A stretch of DNA of 64,000 bases from Stegostoma tigrinum. Taxonomy: Eukaryota. The stretch spans positions 2,656,689 through 2,720,688 of the forward strand of contig NC_081369.1 in the NCBI RefSeq assembly GCF_030684315.1. Reading direction: 5' to 3'. The notes beneath the pieces were generated by a model. The model worked only from the letters and a program-made list of their open reading frames with translations, searched no databases and was not told the DNA's origin. Of the stretch, positions 48,968 to 61,329 are shown in pieces (position 1 is the first letter of the stretch; each line of letters starts with the position of its first letter). Position numbers and translations under genes: made by a program.

Positions 48968-49107
48968 GTGATAATGGGAACTGCAGATGCTGGAGAATCT
49001 AGCCCTCCCTGATGAAGGGTCTAGGCCCGAAACGTCAGCTTTTGTGCTCCTGAGATGTTGCTTGGTCTGCTGTGTTCATCCAGCTCCACACTTTGTTATG
49101 TTCTACA
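48968..49107. mobile_element. Mini rearranged Penelope-terminus insertion with intact hammerhead motif (+ strand, ~49005-49040)
   Basis: TSD cataagtgtga at 48957-48967 and 49108-49118; cCTGATGAagggtctaggcccGAAAcGTCagc. Confidence 0.85.
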
Positions 49108-50272
49108 CATAAGTGTGACCTGGTCATCGTGTTTTTGAATGAATCCCACTGCGCGTTATCGTTTGAATCTTTTGTTGGCGATTGGGTGATATGACTGTTG
49201 TTGACTCAGTGGGAGTATTGCTTGTGTAAATTCTACTTGTTTAACAACATTCCCTGTTAAACTGGAACTGTTTTGCTGATCAAACGTTCCCCGTGAATGA
49301 CTCACTTTTGCGTGCCTACGTCTGTGTGATTTACACAAGTAAGATTTCTCATCATAACAAATACATTTTGAATGAGTGTTGCATGTGATTTGTCTCAATG
49401 TTTTTGCGTGTATATCTTCTGAATGTACCTTGTGTTGTCTGTCTGTGTATGAAAACCAATGTGAGTTGATATTACTTTTGGGTTACATGTTTAAGTGTTG
49501 TATTATAGTCTGAGTTTACCTTGCTCTGGTGGAATGATTGCTATGCAAATGCTTCACTTTGTGTGGTTGTGCGTATATCAATGTGTTAGCTATGTTTTCT
49601 GACAGCTATTACACCAGTTCATAATCACTATACTCACATTTGATTCCAAACCAACTGAAAGTATTCATTTATGTGTCTGCTCAACATTTGTTCATCCTTT
49701 CAATCTGTTTGTTTCACCTATTATCTGGTACTTAATGCATTGTTCAAGTATTCTTTTTAGTTTGGGCCCATCTGGGTCACTGATGCCTGAATTACTGAAG
49801 ACAGTGCTTTGTCTCTGTGTCAACTGTGCCTCAATTCTTCTCCCATCCTTCCAAGTTATCGATCACACTGCTGCATGTGTGATTGGATTTCTGCAGTAAT
49901 ATGTCATGCATCCAAACAGGATATTTGCCATGTTCTATTCGGCATTGAACATTGAAATACCTTTTGTTCAAAGTCTCAAGATCTGTGCACATTTATTCCA
50001 CAGTGACATGAACAGTTTGAGTCCAGTTTAATAGATGAAAGGGGAGATCCGATTTTAAGACTTAAGAATTACATCAAGATCACCTCACTAAAATGAAACA
50101 GAAACATCCCCACAAAACTCAAGCAAATATTCATGAAAATATAAACATAGGCTCAGTAGGGAAGTTCTGAAACAGGTTCACTGGACCCAAAATATTAACT
50201 CTGCTTTCTCCCAGATGCTGCCAGACCTACACAGTTTTTGTTTGTTTTTTTCAGCAATTTCTGTTTTTATGA

Positions 50273-50600
50273 CTATGAGCGAGGCAGGCAGAGGGATCCA
50301 GGAGATCAGTCTGAAGGAATGTCAGCCCTTGAGCTTGTCTAACAGGTTTGAAATTCTTGGTCCCTGTGTAGATGAGAGGAGGCATTGTATGAATGATGAC
50401 CAAACTAACTTCAGCGCCATGGTACACGCGACACTCCGAGAGTGGCGAGTAAAGAGAAGCATAGTTGTAATTGGGAATAATACAGACAGAGGAATAAACA
50501 CTGTCACTGCAGCCCGGATCCAGTGCTATAAAGACTGTGTAGCCTGTCTGATGTCCAGGCTCAGGATATCACATCTGGGTGGCAAACAAACTTGGGGTTT
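50273..50600 (+). mobile_element. CR1 ORF1 (esterase-type) fragment
   Basis: PLSLSNRFEIL...IVVIGN..RGI, resembling the CR1 ORF1 SNRF and GDS motifs. Confidence 0.55.
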
Positions 50601-50604
50601 GTTT

Positions 50605-50910
50605 AAATTAGATTACCTACAGTGTGGAAACAGGCCCTCTGGCCCAACAAGTCCACACTGCCCCTTGAAGCATCTCGCGCAGACCCATCTCCCTACAACC
50701 CACATAGCCCTGAGCACTTGGGCAATTTAGCGTGGCCAGTCCGCTTAGCCTACACATCTTTGGACTGTGGGAGGAAACCGGTGCACCCAGAGGAAACCCA
50801 TGCAGACACGGCGAGAATGTGCAAACTCCACACACACAGTCACCCGAGGCTGGAATTGAACCTGGTTCCCTGGCGCTGTGAGGCTGCAGTGCTAACCACT
50901 GAGCCATTGT
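50605..50910 (-). mobile_element. HE1-type V-SINE
   Basis: Near-identical to the copy at 38040-38330. Confidence 0.9.
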
Positions 50911-51749
50911 GTTGGAGCGTTACCCCCTGACTGGGGACAGTGACTCAAGAGACAGGTGGAATTCAGGTAATGGCAGACAGTGAGTCAAGCAACAACCTAT
51001 AATTGCACGGAGTGGGCCAAAGACCTTCCCCGAATCTTGTCTTGGCTTAAGGACACAGTTGCTCTCTTAATCAACAGCTCAGATTAGAATAGAAGTCAAT
51101 GATACACTTTGATCTTTACAGTCAATTATGACATATGTCCTTCCCCTTTATTCCATACACCCAATTGTGTGAAACACCTAGTGAATGATGGGCATTCCCA
51201 AGGACAGCCCCAAGTTCCCATTATCTCATGGTGTTTGATAGACACTTTAATCTCTTCGCCTTGGTATCTTTCTATGTATCCTATTGTGCAGGATTCTAAC
51301 ATTATGGTTATACTCATTCTGATCTGCCCCAGACTTGTCTATCTCTACGGACCTCTTGAGTTTTGTTTTTCATTGGATTGCTTGTGCTATGTCCATGAAA
51401 TTCAGATATTCCACTGTCCCAATAATATATCAAGATACAACTGCTTTAACCAACTGCTTTAAGATTTCTTGCATTCATTTCTGTTATAAAGTTAGTTGTA
51501 GAGTGTAAGGTAATACAGCTACTTCCACTGTTAGCACTTTGTAACTAATACGTTGTAACCAATCTCTTTCACTCAGAATATACCAGACATCTCTTTAGAG
51601 ATCAGAGAAAGCGTTTTCTGAGAATAACCAACTTTCCATCTGTGTGTAAAAGTTTTTCCCATAATGCTTCGAACATACTTTAGTTACACATGTATCTATA
51701 ATTATGTTGAAATCTATCTCCATGATTATCTGAAGAATATTTAACAAGC

Positions 51750-52055
51750 GGGGTGGCATGGTGGCTCACAGCACCAGAAACCCGGGTTCCATTCCATCCT
51801 CTGGCGACAGTTTGTGTGGAGTTTGCGCAATCTCCACGGGTTCTGCACGGATTTCTGCCAGGTGCCCCAGTCTCCTCCCACAGTCCCAAGATGTGTAGGT
51901 TTGGCTGATTGGCCATGTTCAATTGTTCACGGTGTTCAAGGACGAATAGATTTGGTGGGTTTCAGGGGAATGGGTCAGGGTGGGATGCTCTGAGGGCCGG
52001 TGTGGACTTTTTGTGCCAAAGGCCCTGTTTCCGCACTGTAAAAATTCAATGATTC
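51750..52055 (+). mobile_element. HE1-type V-SINE, diverged
   Basis: ggcatggtggctcacagcaccag...cccgggttccattcc...tgtgtggagtttgc. Confidence 0.8.
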
Positions 52056-53829
52056 TGTGATCAAGAACCTATTTCTCAATATTGTGAATAGATTCAAAGA
52101 AAAAATTACGAAATAACTTTCTGTGTTGTTTTCACAGCTGCTTATAGAGTTAGTCTGGCTGCTTCAAGGGCTGAGATTTACACTCCCTGTTCGAACTGGC
52201 ACTGTTCACTTAATGGGACAGCATCCTTTTCACTCATGAGGCTGGATTCAATCACTTGTCTGTTCTTAGGCATCCTCTTATTAAACTGTCTCGGATGGTT
52301 GCTTGGAGGGTATCCTATTCACTTTGGAGAAGCCTTGTTCAAGGGTACCTTTATGTGTGTTAATAATGGAGCGGGCTGTTTTATTTTGTTTATCCTTTGT
52401 GGGCCATTTTTTGACTTTCCAACATGAGCCACCCTGCCAGGATGGAAAGGAAAATATCCCGTTGTTGTGTCCACATAGGTGTCAATATGGGTAGAAAGAA
52501 AAAAAAGAGGCTCTGCTGAGGAAACATGAGGAAATCAGGGCTAAACTGAGAAGCTGACCACAAAATGCAATATTCTACAGATTACTACCTGAGCCACGAG
52601 CAAAATGGCAGGAGGTCAACAAGATTAACGAGATGAAATCATGCCTTAAAGATTTGTGAAGAAGAAGTGGATTTGAATTCATGGGATTTTAGCTCAATTA
52701 CTGAGTAATGGCAGAGTGGGTTTTTGTGGGTTGGAAGGTTGCAGATTGTGTTCGAGCATCATTCTGTTGCTGCTGGTGGCTAACATCACCTCGCGGATGC
52801 CCAGTCTTAAGTTTTTAGATCTACTCAAAGCCTGCCCCATTTAGGACAGTAATAATGCCACACAGAGATAGATGGTATCCTGAATTTTAAGATGGGACTT
52901 CGTCCCTGCAAAGTCTGTGAGTTGGTTACTTTTTCTTCTGTATTTTCAATTGTATAGCTAGAATTATCTGAGCATGCTGCACCGATTTTTGCACTGAGTC
53001 AAAAAATCCAATTTGGCATCTGTAAATACTCCGCCCATTCTCTATTCTCTGTTTCCTATGCATTTAAAAGCATGCTGCGTTCATGCTCGTGTATTAATTT
53101 CAAGTGGACTGCTCTTCCGCTCCGCTGAATTAAAGCTACAATTACATTACAAACATCTATCTTCAGACAAAAGGTCATTTCCCTTCGGAAAACAACGTTG
53201 ACTGTGTTGATAGAATGAGTTTCCAATTGGATTGCTAAATGCAACTTCGCACATTATTACATCACAGTCCGGATAAGTGATGTCAGACCAGCGGTTCCCA
53301 GTTCATTGTTTCCCTCTTGTCCTTTGCGATACCTTTTACCAATTGCTTCATTTAGTGAAATCCAACCAGCTTCACCATTTCCAGAGCTAGGGGATATCAG
53401 GAAAACCATGGACTTCAAACTCCACTTTCTGTCTACAGTGACTGAATTGTGGGAAATGGTTTTCTTCATTTTAAGATCGTATTCCGAAACAGTAAAGCTG
53501 CTTCAGCAAGAAATGCGAATCTCCTGTCCATTTTTCAGCAAAATATCTGACGTAATCCTTCACAGGATCCCTTTAGAGTCGCTGCAGCAGAAGTGCAAGC
53601 AGTAAATTCAGATACTTCAGCGTTCATAATGCCAATGACAATCATGAGTACAGGATATAGATGAATCAAGAACGAGTTTCTTGTCTATGGGCAGGGAGAA
53701 ATCCCAAATGCCTGCAAAACTCACGTACTGATAACCACACGTGAGATCTGACATCACCCCGTCAGCCCTGGTGAATTTGTATACTCGGCACGTGGCAATA
53801 CAACGGGTCACTTCCTTTAGCAGCTCCAG

Positions 53830-55949
53830 ATGCTCTGAGTCTTACTTCACTGCGCAGCCATGTTAGTGATCAGTTACAGAGGTAAATTTGATACATGGTC
53901 CTCTTCCCAAAGGATCACGGCTCTTTCATTTTGTTAATGATAAATATGTATGAAAGTTTTTATTCAGCCTTTCCTGTCAGGCTTAGTTTTTCAACATGTG
54001 CGTCTTTTCCTAACATGTTCAGGGTTTGTTATGGGCTGTTTAATTGAATTGTCAGAGTTTTAATTTTGCCCTTTTATTTGCGACAGGCTCTCACAATTCC
54101 CAATTCATCGTGACACAAGTTCCAGAGTCTGCAATCAGGTGAGGTGCCTCCGTTACTCTTTTTTGCATTTACCCGATCTTTACAGAAAAAAAGTCAGTGA
54201 GCGTGCAGTGGTGGACAGATGGGTCCTTGGAGGAAAGTTTGGATTGCATAAACCATCTTTATTTCCTCAATCAGGGAGGAGCTGCCCTACAACTGGCAGA
54301 AGTAGGAGTGGAAGGCGCCGGGCTTTATTACTGCAGAGTGACACACGACGCGGTTGGAAACGGAACCTGCACTAACCTGGTTGTGTACGATAAGTATCAG
54401 GGAGAGGGAGAAATACCGTGCTAGTTGTGCATTTCTTTTTAAGCATTAAGCTGAAGAAATGTTAAAATGCAGATTCAATTCAAAAAGAAAAAATGTGTAA
54501 TCTTCTGTTATGATCTTACCACCTTTTGACGGAGGAGCGGAGGAAGACCCATTGGGTCAACTCCGCCAATAAATGATATAGCTGATTGGATAACCCTCAA
54601 TTCCGCTTTCCTGCCTTTCCCTAAAACCCTTGACGTAGTTACGAATGACAAATCTGCCTAAGGTAGTACAGAATATATTTGCAAACCGAATCTCAGCAGC
54701 CCACTGCGATAAAGCATTCTACACACTACGCTCCGGCAGAACAATTTCTACCTTATTTCCGTTTTAAATGAGTGACCTCTTATTCTGAGATTATGCCCAC
54801 TAGTCTTAGCCTCTCCCACAGGGCAAATAACCTTTTGTGCATCTATAATGCCAAATCCTCCATGATCCTTTTAAAATTCAATAAATTCTCTTCTTCGTTT
54901 TCCACATTTCAACACATACAAACCCACTCTGACCTTTGTTTTTTTAATTAGACGTGGGCTATGACAGATACCTCGCTGACAAAATGTTACTGTTCCCAAT
55001 GAACACGAAAGCGTATTTACTTAAACCTTACATGCACTTCCGCTGAGTTTACATTAAGTTTATAATTTGTTGAGTGCGAGTTTCACTCAATTGATCACAT
55101 CCACTTCCTGTATTTTGTGTCGGGAGTTTTTATTGTGTTCTCAAAAGCGATCTCCCTGGTGGTGGGGACATAAGTATCTCGCTCGCAGAAGGGAAATCAC
55201 ACTGAAGGAACATACATCTCATAACTGGCATGAATTATTCGAAATATGATGTCTTGCACAGTTAATACTTGGAGAAAAATGGCAGAAGATTGAGTCACTG
55301 AAATAATCAACTGATTGATTTCAGAGATTTCAGAGAAGGTGTCTTGCCGATGAAAATTTAAAATCAACACTTGTTTTGATTCCAACTCTCTGATGTTGAA
55401 ACTGCGGTATTATTTATAACTTTCCCCTTTAAATGACTGCAATTCGGCGCTGACGAACATTTTCGTTTTCTCTTCCAAAAGAACCAGCAGATTTTTCGAA
55501 TTGCGCAGTTTCAACTATTTACCATCTGTTTAAGTGCACGATCTTTGCGGTTTTCTGGTTCTGTTTGGGCCTGTGACGGAATTCTGCATCAATATTTCAA
55601 ATTAAATGCAGGCTGAAAAACAAAAGCTTTCTTTTTTGTCAGTCCCTCCGACTCTACTCAAAATAGTCATCAAGCTGCCGTAGAACGGAGCAACTGTTTC
55701 TCTAACTCTTCTCTGCATAACTGCTGCGTTTTTCCCAGATAACCTGAACATCACTTGGAACAAAAATGAATCAGAAATTGCAACCGGAACGGAACATGCA
55801 AACTGCAGATTGCAATCTGGCTGTATGAGGCTTGCAGAAAACGAACTGAGGCAGAACCCATTCAGAACCCATTCAGAGCGGTACCTGTCAAGTCTCTCAC
55901 ATCTCACTTGGGACACCAGCCAATGTAACCTACTCTTTCATTAAATTTG
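53830..55949 (+). pseudogene. IgSF receptor pseudogene B: leader 53830-53881, V 54087-54389, C1 55643-55949
   Basis: Leader ML*VLLHCAAMLVISYR|gtaaat; V GSHNSQFIVTQVPESAIR*GASVTLFCIYP...VQWW...GAGLYYCRVTHDAVGNGTCTNLVVY with donor mutated to ataagt; C1 VPPTLLKIVIKLP*...LLCITAAFFPDNLNITWNKN.../TCQVSHISLGTPANVTYS with frameshifts. Confidence 0.9.
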
Positions 55950-56229
55950 GTAGGTTCAATCATTGATATTAATTTTGTTGCGCTGAGATCTGCTTCGAAA
56001 ATAATAGTCATTTTCAGACACGCTCCACTTCCCGCGATGCAACAAGTGACTGTAATGTTTAAGGGGTAATTCTCCGACAGGATTTCTATGTTCAATGGGG
56101 TCCCACAATGGTCAGGGTTGGGGCCTTGCTGTTGTGATTTACGGAAACAATTAGACTTGAATGTAGGATGGTTGATAACTTCGCAGATGGAATGAAAATG
56201 GGGGCATTGGAAAGTAGTGAGGAGGTTTC

Positions 56230-57300
56230 ATTTCCCCCATTCTCTTGCTACCCTCTTGCTCCATTTGTACGAATAAAAGGCTTTGGGATTTTCTTTAACC
56301 CTGTTTGCTAAAAACATTTCATGACCCCTTTCAGCCCTGTTAATTCCTCATGTCAGATTGGTCTTACTTTCCCGATATTCTTCCAAAGCTTTGACTGTTT
56401 TCAGTCACCAAGACCTTATGTATGCTTCGTTTGTCCTCTTTACTCATCTCACAACTTCTCCTGTCATCCATGGTTCCCTAAACTTGCCCTTTCTGTCCCT
56501 CATTGTCACAGGGAAATGTATGTCCTGCACCCTAGTCAACCTCTCTTTAAAAGCCTCCCACATACCAAATGTGGATTTACCCTCAAACAGCTGCTTCCAA
56601 TCCACATTCCCCAGCTCCTGCTGAATTTTGCTATAGTTGGGCTTCTCCCAATTTAGCACTCTTCCTTTAGGACCACCCTTGTCTTTGTCCATGAGTATTC
56701 TAAAACGTACGGAATTGTGTTCACTATTCCTGAAATAATCCCCTGCTGAAACTTCAACCACATGGCCAGGCACATTCCCCAACACCAAGTTCAGCACTGC
56801 ACCTTCCCGAGTTGGACTATTTACATACTGCTCTATAAAACCCGCTTGAATGCGCCTTACAAATTCTGCTCCATCTAAACCCCTAACACTAAGTGAATCC
56901 CTGTCAATGTTGGGAAAATTAAAATCTCCCATCATCACCACACTGTTGCTCCTACATCTTTCCATCTGTCTATCTGTTTATATATTTGTGCCTTGATCTC
57001 ACTATCACAGTTGGCAGGCCTATATACAACCGCGACATTGTCAAACCCCTTTCCTATTTCTCAGCTCTTCCCATATTACCTCACTGCTCATGTCCTCCAT
57101 AGTGCCCTCCTTCAGCACAGCTTTGATATCCTCTTTGACCAGTAACGCAACTCCTCCCACCCCTTTTACCTCCCTGTGTATCCTGCCTGAATCATCTACA
57201 TCCTGGGATATTTAGTTGCCATTCTTTTCCTCAACCAAGTCTCAGCAATTGCAATAACATTATACTCCCAGGTACTAATCCAAGCCCTAAGTTCATCTGA
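56230..57300 (-). mobile_element. CR1 LINE endonuclease-region fragment
   Basis: ORF 56444..56965 VVMMGDFNFPNID...QYVNSPTREGAVLNLVL...SEHNSVRF. Confidence 0.9.
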
Positions 57301-57809
57301 TAGAGGAGGAACTGCAGATACTAGACAATCTAAGAGAACAGGGTGCGGAGCTGGATGAACACAGCAGGCCAAGCAGCATCAGAGGAGCAGGAAAGCTAAC
57401 GTTTCAGGTCTTGCCTTTCTTCTGACCTATTTTCTGAAGAAGGGTCTGAAACATTAGCTTTCCTGCTCCTCTGATGCTGCTTGGCCTGCTGTGTACATTC
57501 AGCTCTACACCCTGTTATCTCAGTGAATATCGAATTGTTCACTTCTTAGGAATGGCATGTTCAATGACATGGTAAAAATAAAGTGCCTGCAGCGACACTA
57601 CACAGTTCAGCAATTGTACTGTATAGGCAAATGGTAGTGAAATTTGTGTTGTTCAGAAAACTAATGGAAGACTTCTAAGTGAAGCACTTTTATCAATTTA
57701 AGAATGGGCAGCAAAGTGTATTGTCTCAAGGTTATCGGCAATATTAAACACTTTATATGTCATTTTATTTCCAACTTTGTAAAGACTGTTCCCTTCGTTT
57801 GGACTGCAG

Positions 57810-57990
57810 CCATCTCATTTTCTGTGGCTCAGTTGCCAAACTGTTGATTGTGAGAAGTATGCAGTCTGAAAACTCACACATATTTCTATGAATTAATATG
57901 GACACAAGGTAGTATCCAATTTTGCTGAATCTACAGGTGATGTACCAATTGCATTAGGAGTTCACGAAGGATAAAAGTAACAGCAAACTC
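57810..57990 (+). pseudogene. Highly decayed V-exon remnant (pseudogene E)
   Basis: ctgcag| then AISFSVAQLP (compare FSVTQFP); tccaattttgctgaatcta and ttgcattagg echo tccaactgctgaatcta and ttgcagcattagg of V exon C. Confidence 0.4.
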
Positions 57991-58020
57991 TACCAGCACA
58001 AATAAGGACAATGAAATAAC

Positions 58021-59609
58021 TATATACGCCTCAATCAGGGCTCCCCTCAACCTTCTCTGCTCCAAAGAAAATGTTCCGCACTTCTCCAAACACTTCACAG
58101 CTAAAATGACCCAAACCAGCTAGCATCCTGGTGAATCTTCTCAGCAGCCTCCCCAGTGCAATCAAATCTTTCTCTTTTGTTCATACGCAGAAAGAACAAT
58201 TGATTAGTTAATGAAATCACCTTTTTGAGTAGAAGTCTAATGTCCACATTTATTTTAATGCTATGGTTTACAATGCAGCTTTACCAGCTCCCCTAAAAAT
58301 TGTATCGATCCATTCCAAATATTCTTCATTTGTTTCTTTCAAGTTGCAGTGCAGGACATCTGGCTTTTATACAGAAGACTTTAACATTACTTGGCACTGA
58401 ATCGATACACAAATCTTCATTGGATTTAAAAATGTAAAACAGGCAAAAGGCGAGGAACTTTATGAAGTGGTCGGCCCTTTGGATGTGCCAAATATACCCA
58501 GAAGTGATACAGTCTACATGTGTCAATTACATCACATTTTGAGCACATCTCCAGCAAATGTCAGCTACACAGTTCCAGAAGAAGGTAAGATTCTTGGACA
58601 CGTTGTAGGTTAATCTTTCAGACATCGCATAAAAATGTTGAAGAAGTAGAATTTGATTACCACAGTCAATTCCCTCTGATTGCGTCGATCCTGAAATTTG
58701 ACGTTGCATGGTTAAAGGTTTCCTTTAGTCAGCTTATTCCGAAACGTGCAGTATTTTATCATGTAAGAAACAGCCAAGAGTCGAAATTCATCATTGAGAG
58801 GTCTCATAACTTAGATTAGACACATAATGTTCAAATTCATTTCCGAAGATAAGCTCAGTGTCAGATTGGACGACTGGATACAGCAAAGAGTGCCAAAGGA
58901 TAGAGAGGAATATCGGTCAATAAATGTGTTGCTGGAAAAGCAGAGCAGGTCAGACAGAATGCAAGAAGAAGGAATGTCAATGTTTCGGGCCTAAATCCTT
59001 CTTCAGGACATTGAATTTCCTGCTGCTTGTGTGTTGTCTGACTTGCTGTGCTTTATCAGATCGACATTTACTGATTCTAGCTTCCACCATCTGCAGTCCT
59101 TACTGCCTGAGAGAGGAATATCTTCAGGTTATACAGCACAGAAACAGCACTTTGGTCCATTGGGTCCACCTATTTACACTAATCACATTTTCCAGCACTT
59201 TGCCGAAAGCCTTGAAAGTTGTGACATTTTAATCACTTGTCCACTTACATTTCTTAAAGCTTTCCCTCCTACACGAACCTCCCAGGCAGCACATTTTTGA
59301 TGCTCAATACCCGCTCGGTGGAAAATATATTTTCCATGTTGCTCTAAACCTCTTCACTTTGCCTCTACAAATTATGACTTCACGTTATTCACCCTTCAAA
59401 TAAAGAGAACAGTTGCTTGTAATCCACCTGTCTATTCCTTCATAACTGTATACGCCTCAATCAGGGATCCCCTCAACCTTCTCTGCTCCAAAGAAAACAG
59501 TCCGCACTTCTCCAAACACTTCACAGCTAAAATGTTCCAAACCAGCTAGCATCCTGGTGAATCTTCTCGGCAGCCTCCCCAGTGCAATCAAATCTTTCTC
59601 TTTTGTTCA
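58021..59609. repeat. ~160-bp near-identical direct repeats (58021-58181 and 59447-59609; CR1-derived) flanking a C1 exon
   Basis: tatacgcctcaatcaggg...aatcaaatctttctcttttgttca occurs twice with the same right breakpoint. Confidence 0.85.
58279..58584 (+). pseudogene. C1-set exon of pseudogene E (gene-A type)
   Basis: ALPAPLKIVSIHSKYSSFVSFKLQCRTSGFYTEDFNITWH*IDTQIFIGFKN...LYEVVGPLD...VYMCQLHHILSTSPANVSYTVPEE; 306 nt, AG/GT intact, single TGA at 58398-58400. Confidence 0.92.
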
Positions 59610-59684
59610 GCCAAAAGTATCGAATCGATTATTTTAATGTTAGATTGAAATAATTTCATGAAGACAAGTGCACTCATTATTAGA

Positions 59685-59826
59685 GATAATGGGGACTGCA
59701 AATGCTGGAGAATCCAAGATAACAAAGTGTGAAGCTGGATGAACACAGCAGGCCAAGCAGCAACTCAGGAACTCCTGAGATGCTGCTTGGCCTGCTATGT
59801 TCATCCAGCTTCACACTTTGTTATCT
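59685..59826. mobile_element. Mini fold-back Penelope-terminus insertion with 16-bp TSD
   Basis: TSD tgcactcattattaga at 59669-59684 and 59827-59842. Confidence 0.9.
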
Positions 59827-59977
59827 TGCACTCATTATTAGACGTAATTTATTTTGTTCACACTTCATATATATATGAATTTATAATTAACATTTTAAGT
59901 GAGGGCTATTTATTAAAGTTAAATGGTTAGGTTAAATACTCAGATATATATTAAAATGAAGTGATTTTCAAACTGAG

Positions 59978-61325
59978 AAATAGTAAGAGCTGCTGATACT
60001 AGCGTCTGAGATAACACACTGTGGAGCTGGAGGAACACAGCAGGCCAGGCAGCATCAGAGGAGCAGGAAAGCTAGTGTTTTGGTTTGGGACCCTTCTTCA
60101 GAAATGGGGGAGAGAAAGGGGAGTCTGAAATAAATCGAGAGTGTGGGGTAGTGATAGGAGGGAGCCCACCAAATCCCACAACTACCTAGACTACACCTCC
60201 TCTCACCCACCTTTCCGCAAGAATGTGATCCCCTACTCCCAATTCATCCACCTCCGCTGCATCTGCTTCCAAGACAAAGCATTCCATTCCTGAAATCCCA
60301 GATGTCCTCGTACTTCAGCGACAACAACTTCCCACCCACAGTGGTTGAAAACGCCTTCAATCCCATCTTTTGCATTTCCCACACCTCAGCCCTCACACCA
60401 CCTCCCTGCAATAACAGCAAAGGCAGAATATCCCTCATCCTCACATACCACGCCATCAACCTCCAGATTCAACTCATCATTCTCTGCCACTTTCAACACC
60501 TGCAATCTGACCCCACCACGAAGGATATATTTCTCTCCCCACTCTGATGTGCCTTCCTAGTGGACCACTTTCTCCATGACTCCCTCATCTGTTGCACACT
60601 CCCAACTAGCCCCACCACACCCATCACCTTTCCCTGCAATTGCAGGAGGTGCTACACCTGCCCCCACATCTCCCCTCACCGCCATCCCAGGCCCCAAAAA
60701 ACCCTTCCACATTGAACAGATGTTCACCTGCAAATTTGCTAAAATGGTCTATTGTATCCTTTGTTCCCGATGTGGCCTCCTCTATATTGGTGAGGTCAAG
60801 CGGAGACTCAGAGACAGTTTTGTAGAACACTTATGCTCAATTTGCAACAAACGACAACACCTCCCAGTCCTGAACCACTTCAATTTCCCCTCCCACTCCT
60901 TGGATGGCATGTCCATCCTGGGCCTCCTCCAGTGTCACAATGGTGCCACCTGGAACTGGAGGAACAACGCCTCATCTTCCACCTTGGAAGTCTACAACCC
61001 AATGGTCTCAATGTGGACTTTACAAGCTTCTGACTCTCCCCACCACTGATATCATCCCAAGACAAGCACTTCCCCCCCAACCCCCCAGCCCTGCCTCTTT
61101 GACCTGTCTGTCTTCTCTCCCACCTATCCACTCCTCCAAGCTCACTGACTAATCCCCACTACTGTCTACCCGCTATCAGCTCCCCCCCTCTCTTTATTTC
61201 AGAGCCCCGTTCCCTCCTCCATTTCTGAAGAAGGGTCTCAATCCCCCAAAGTCAGCTTTCCTACTCCTCTGATGCTGCGTGGCCTGTTGTGTTTCTCCAG
61301 CTCTACACTGTGTAATCTCCGATTC
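59978..61325 (+). mobile_element. Penelope-like element, 5'-truncated with inverted terminal repeat at its 5' end
   Basis: 59978-60160 is the reverse complement of the 3' terminus at ~61195-61325; ORF 60576 FTCKFAKMVYCILCSRCGLLYIGEVKRRL. Confidence 0.9.
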
Positions 61326-61329
61326 TCAA

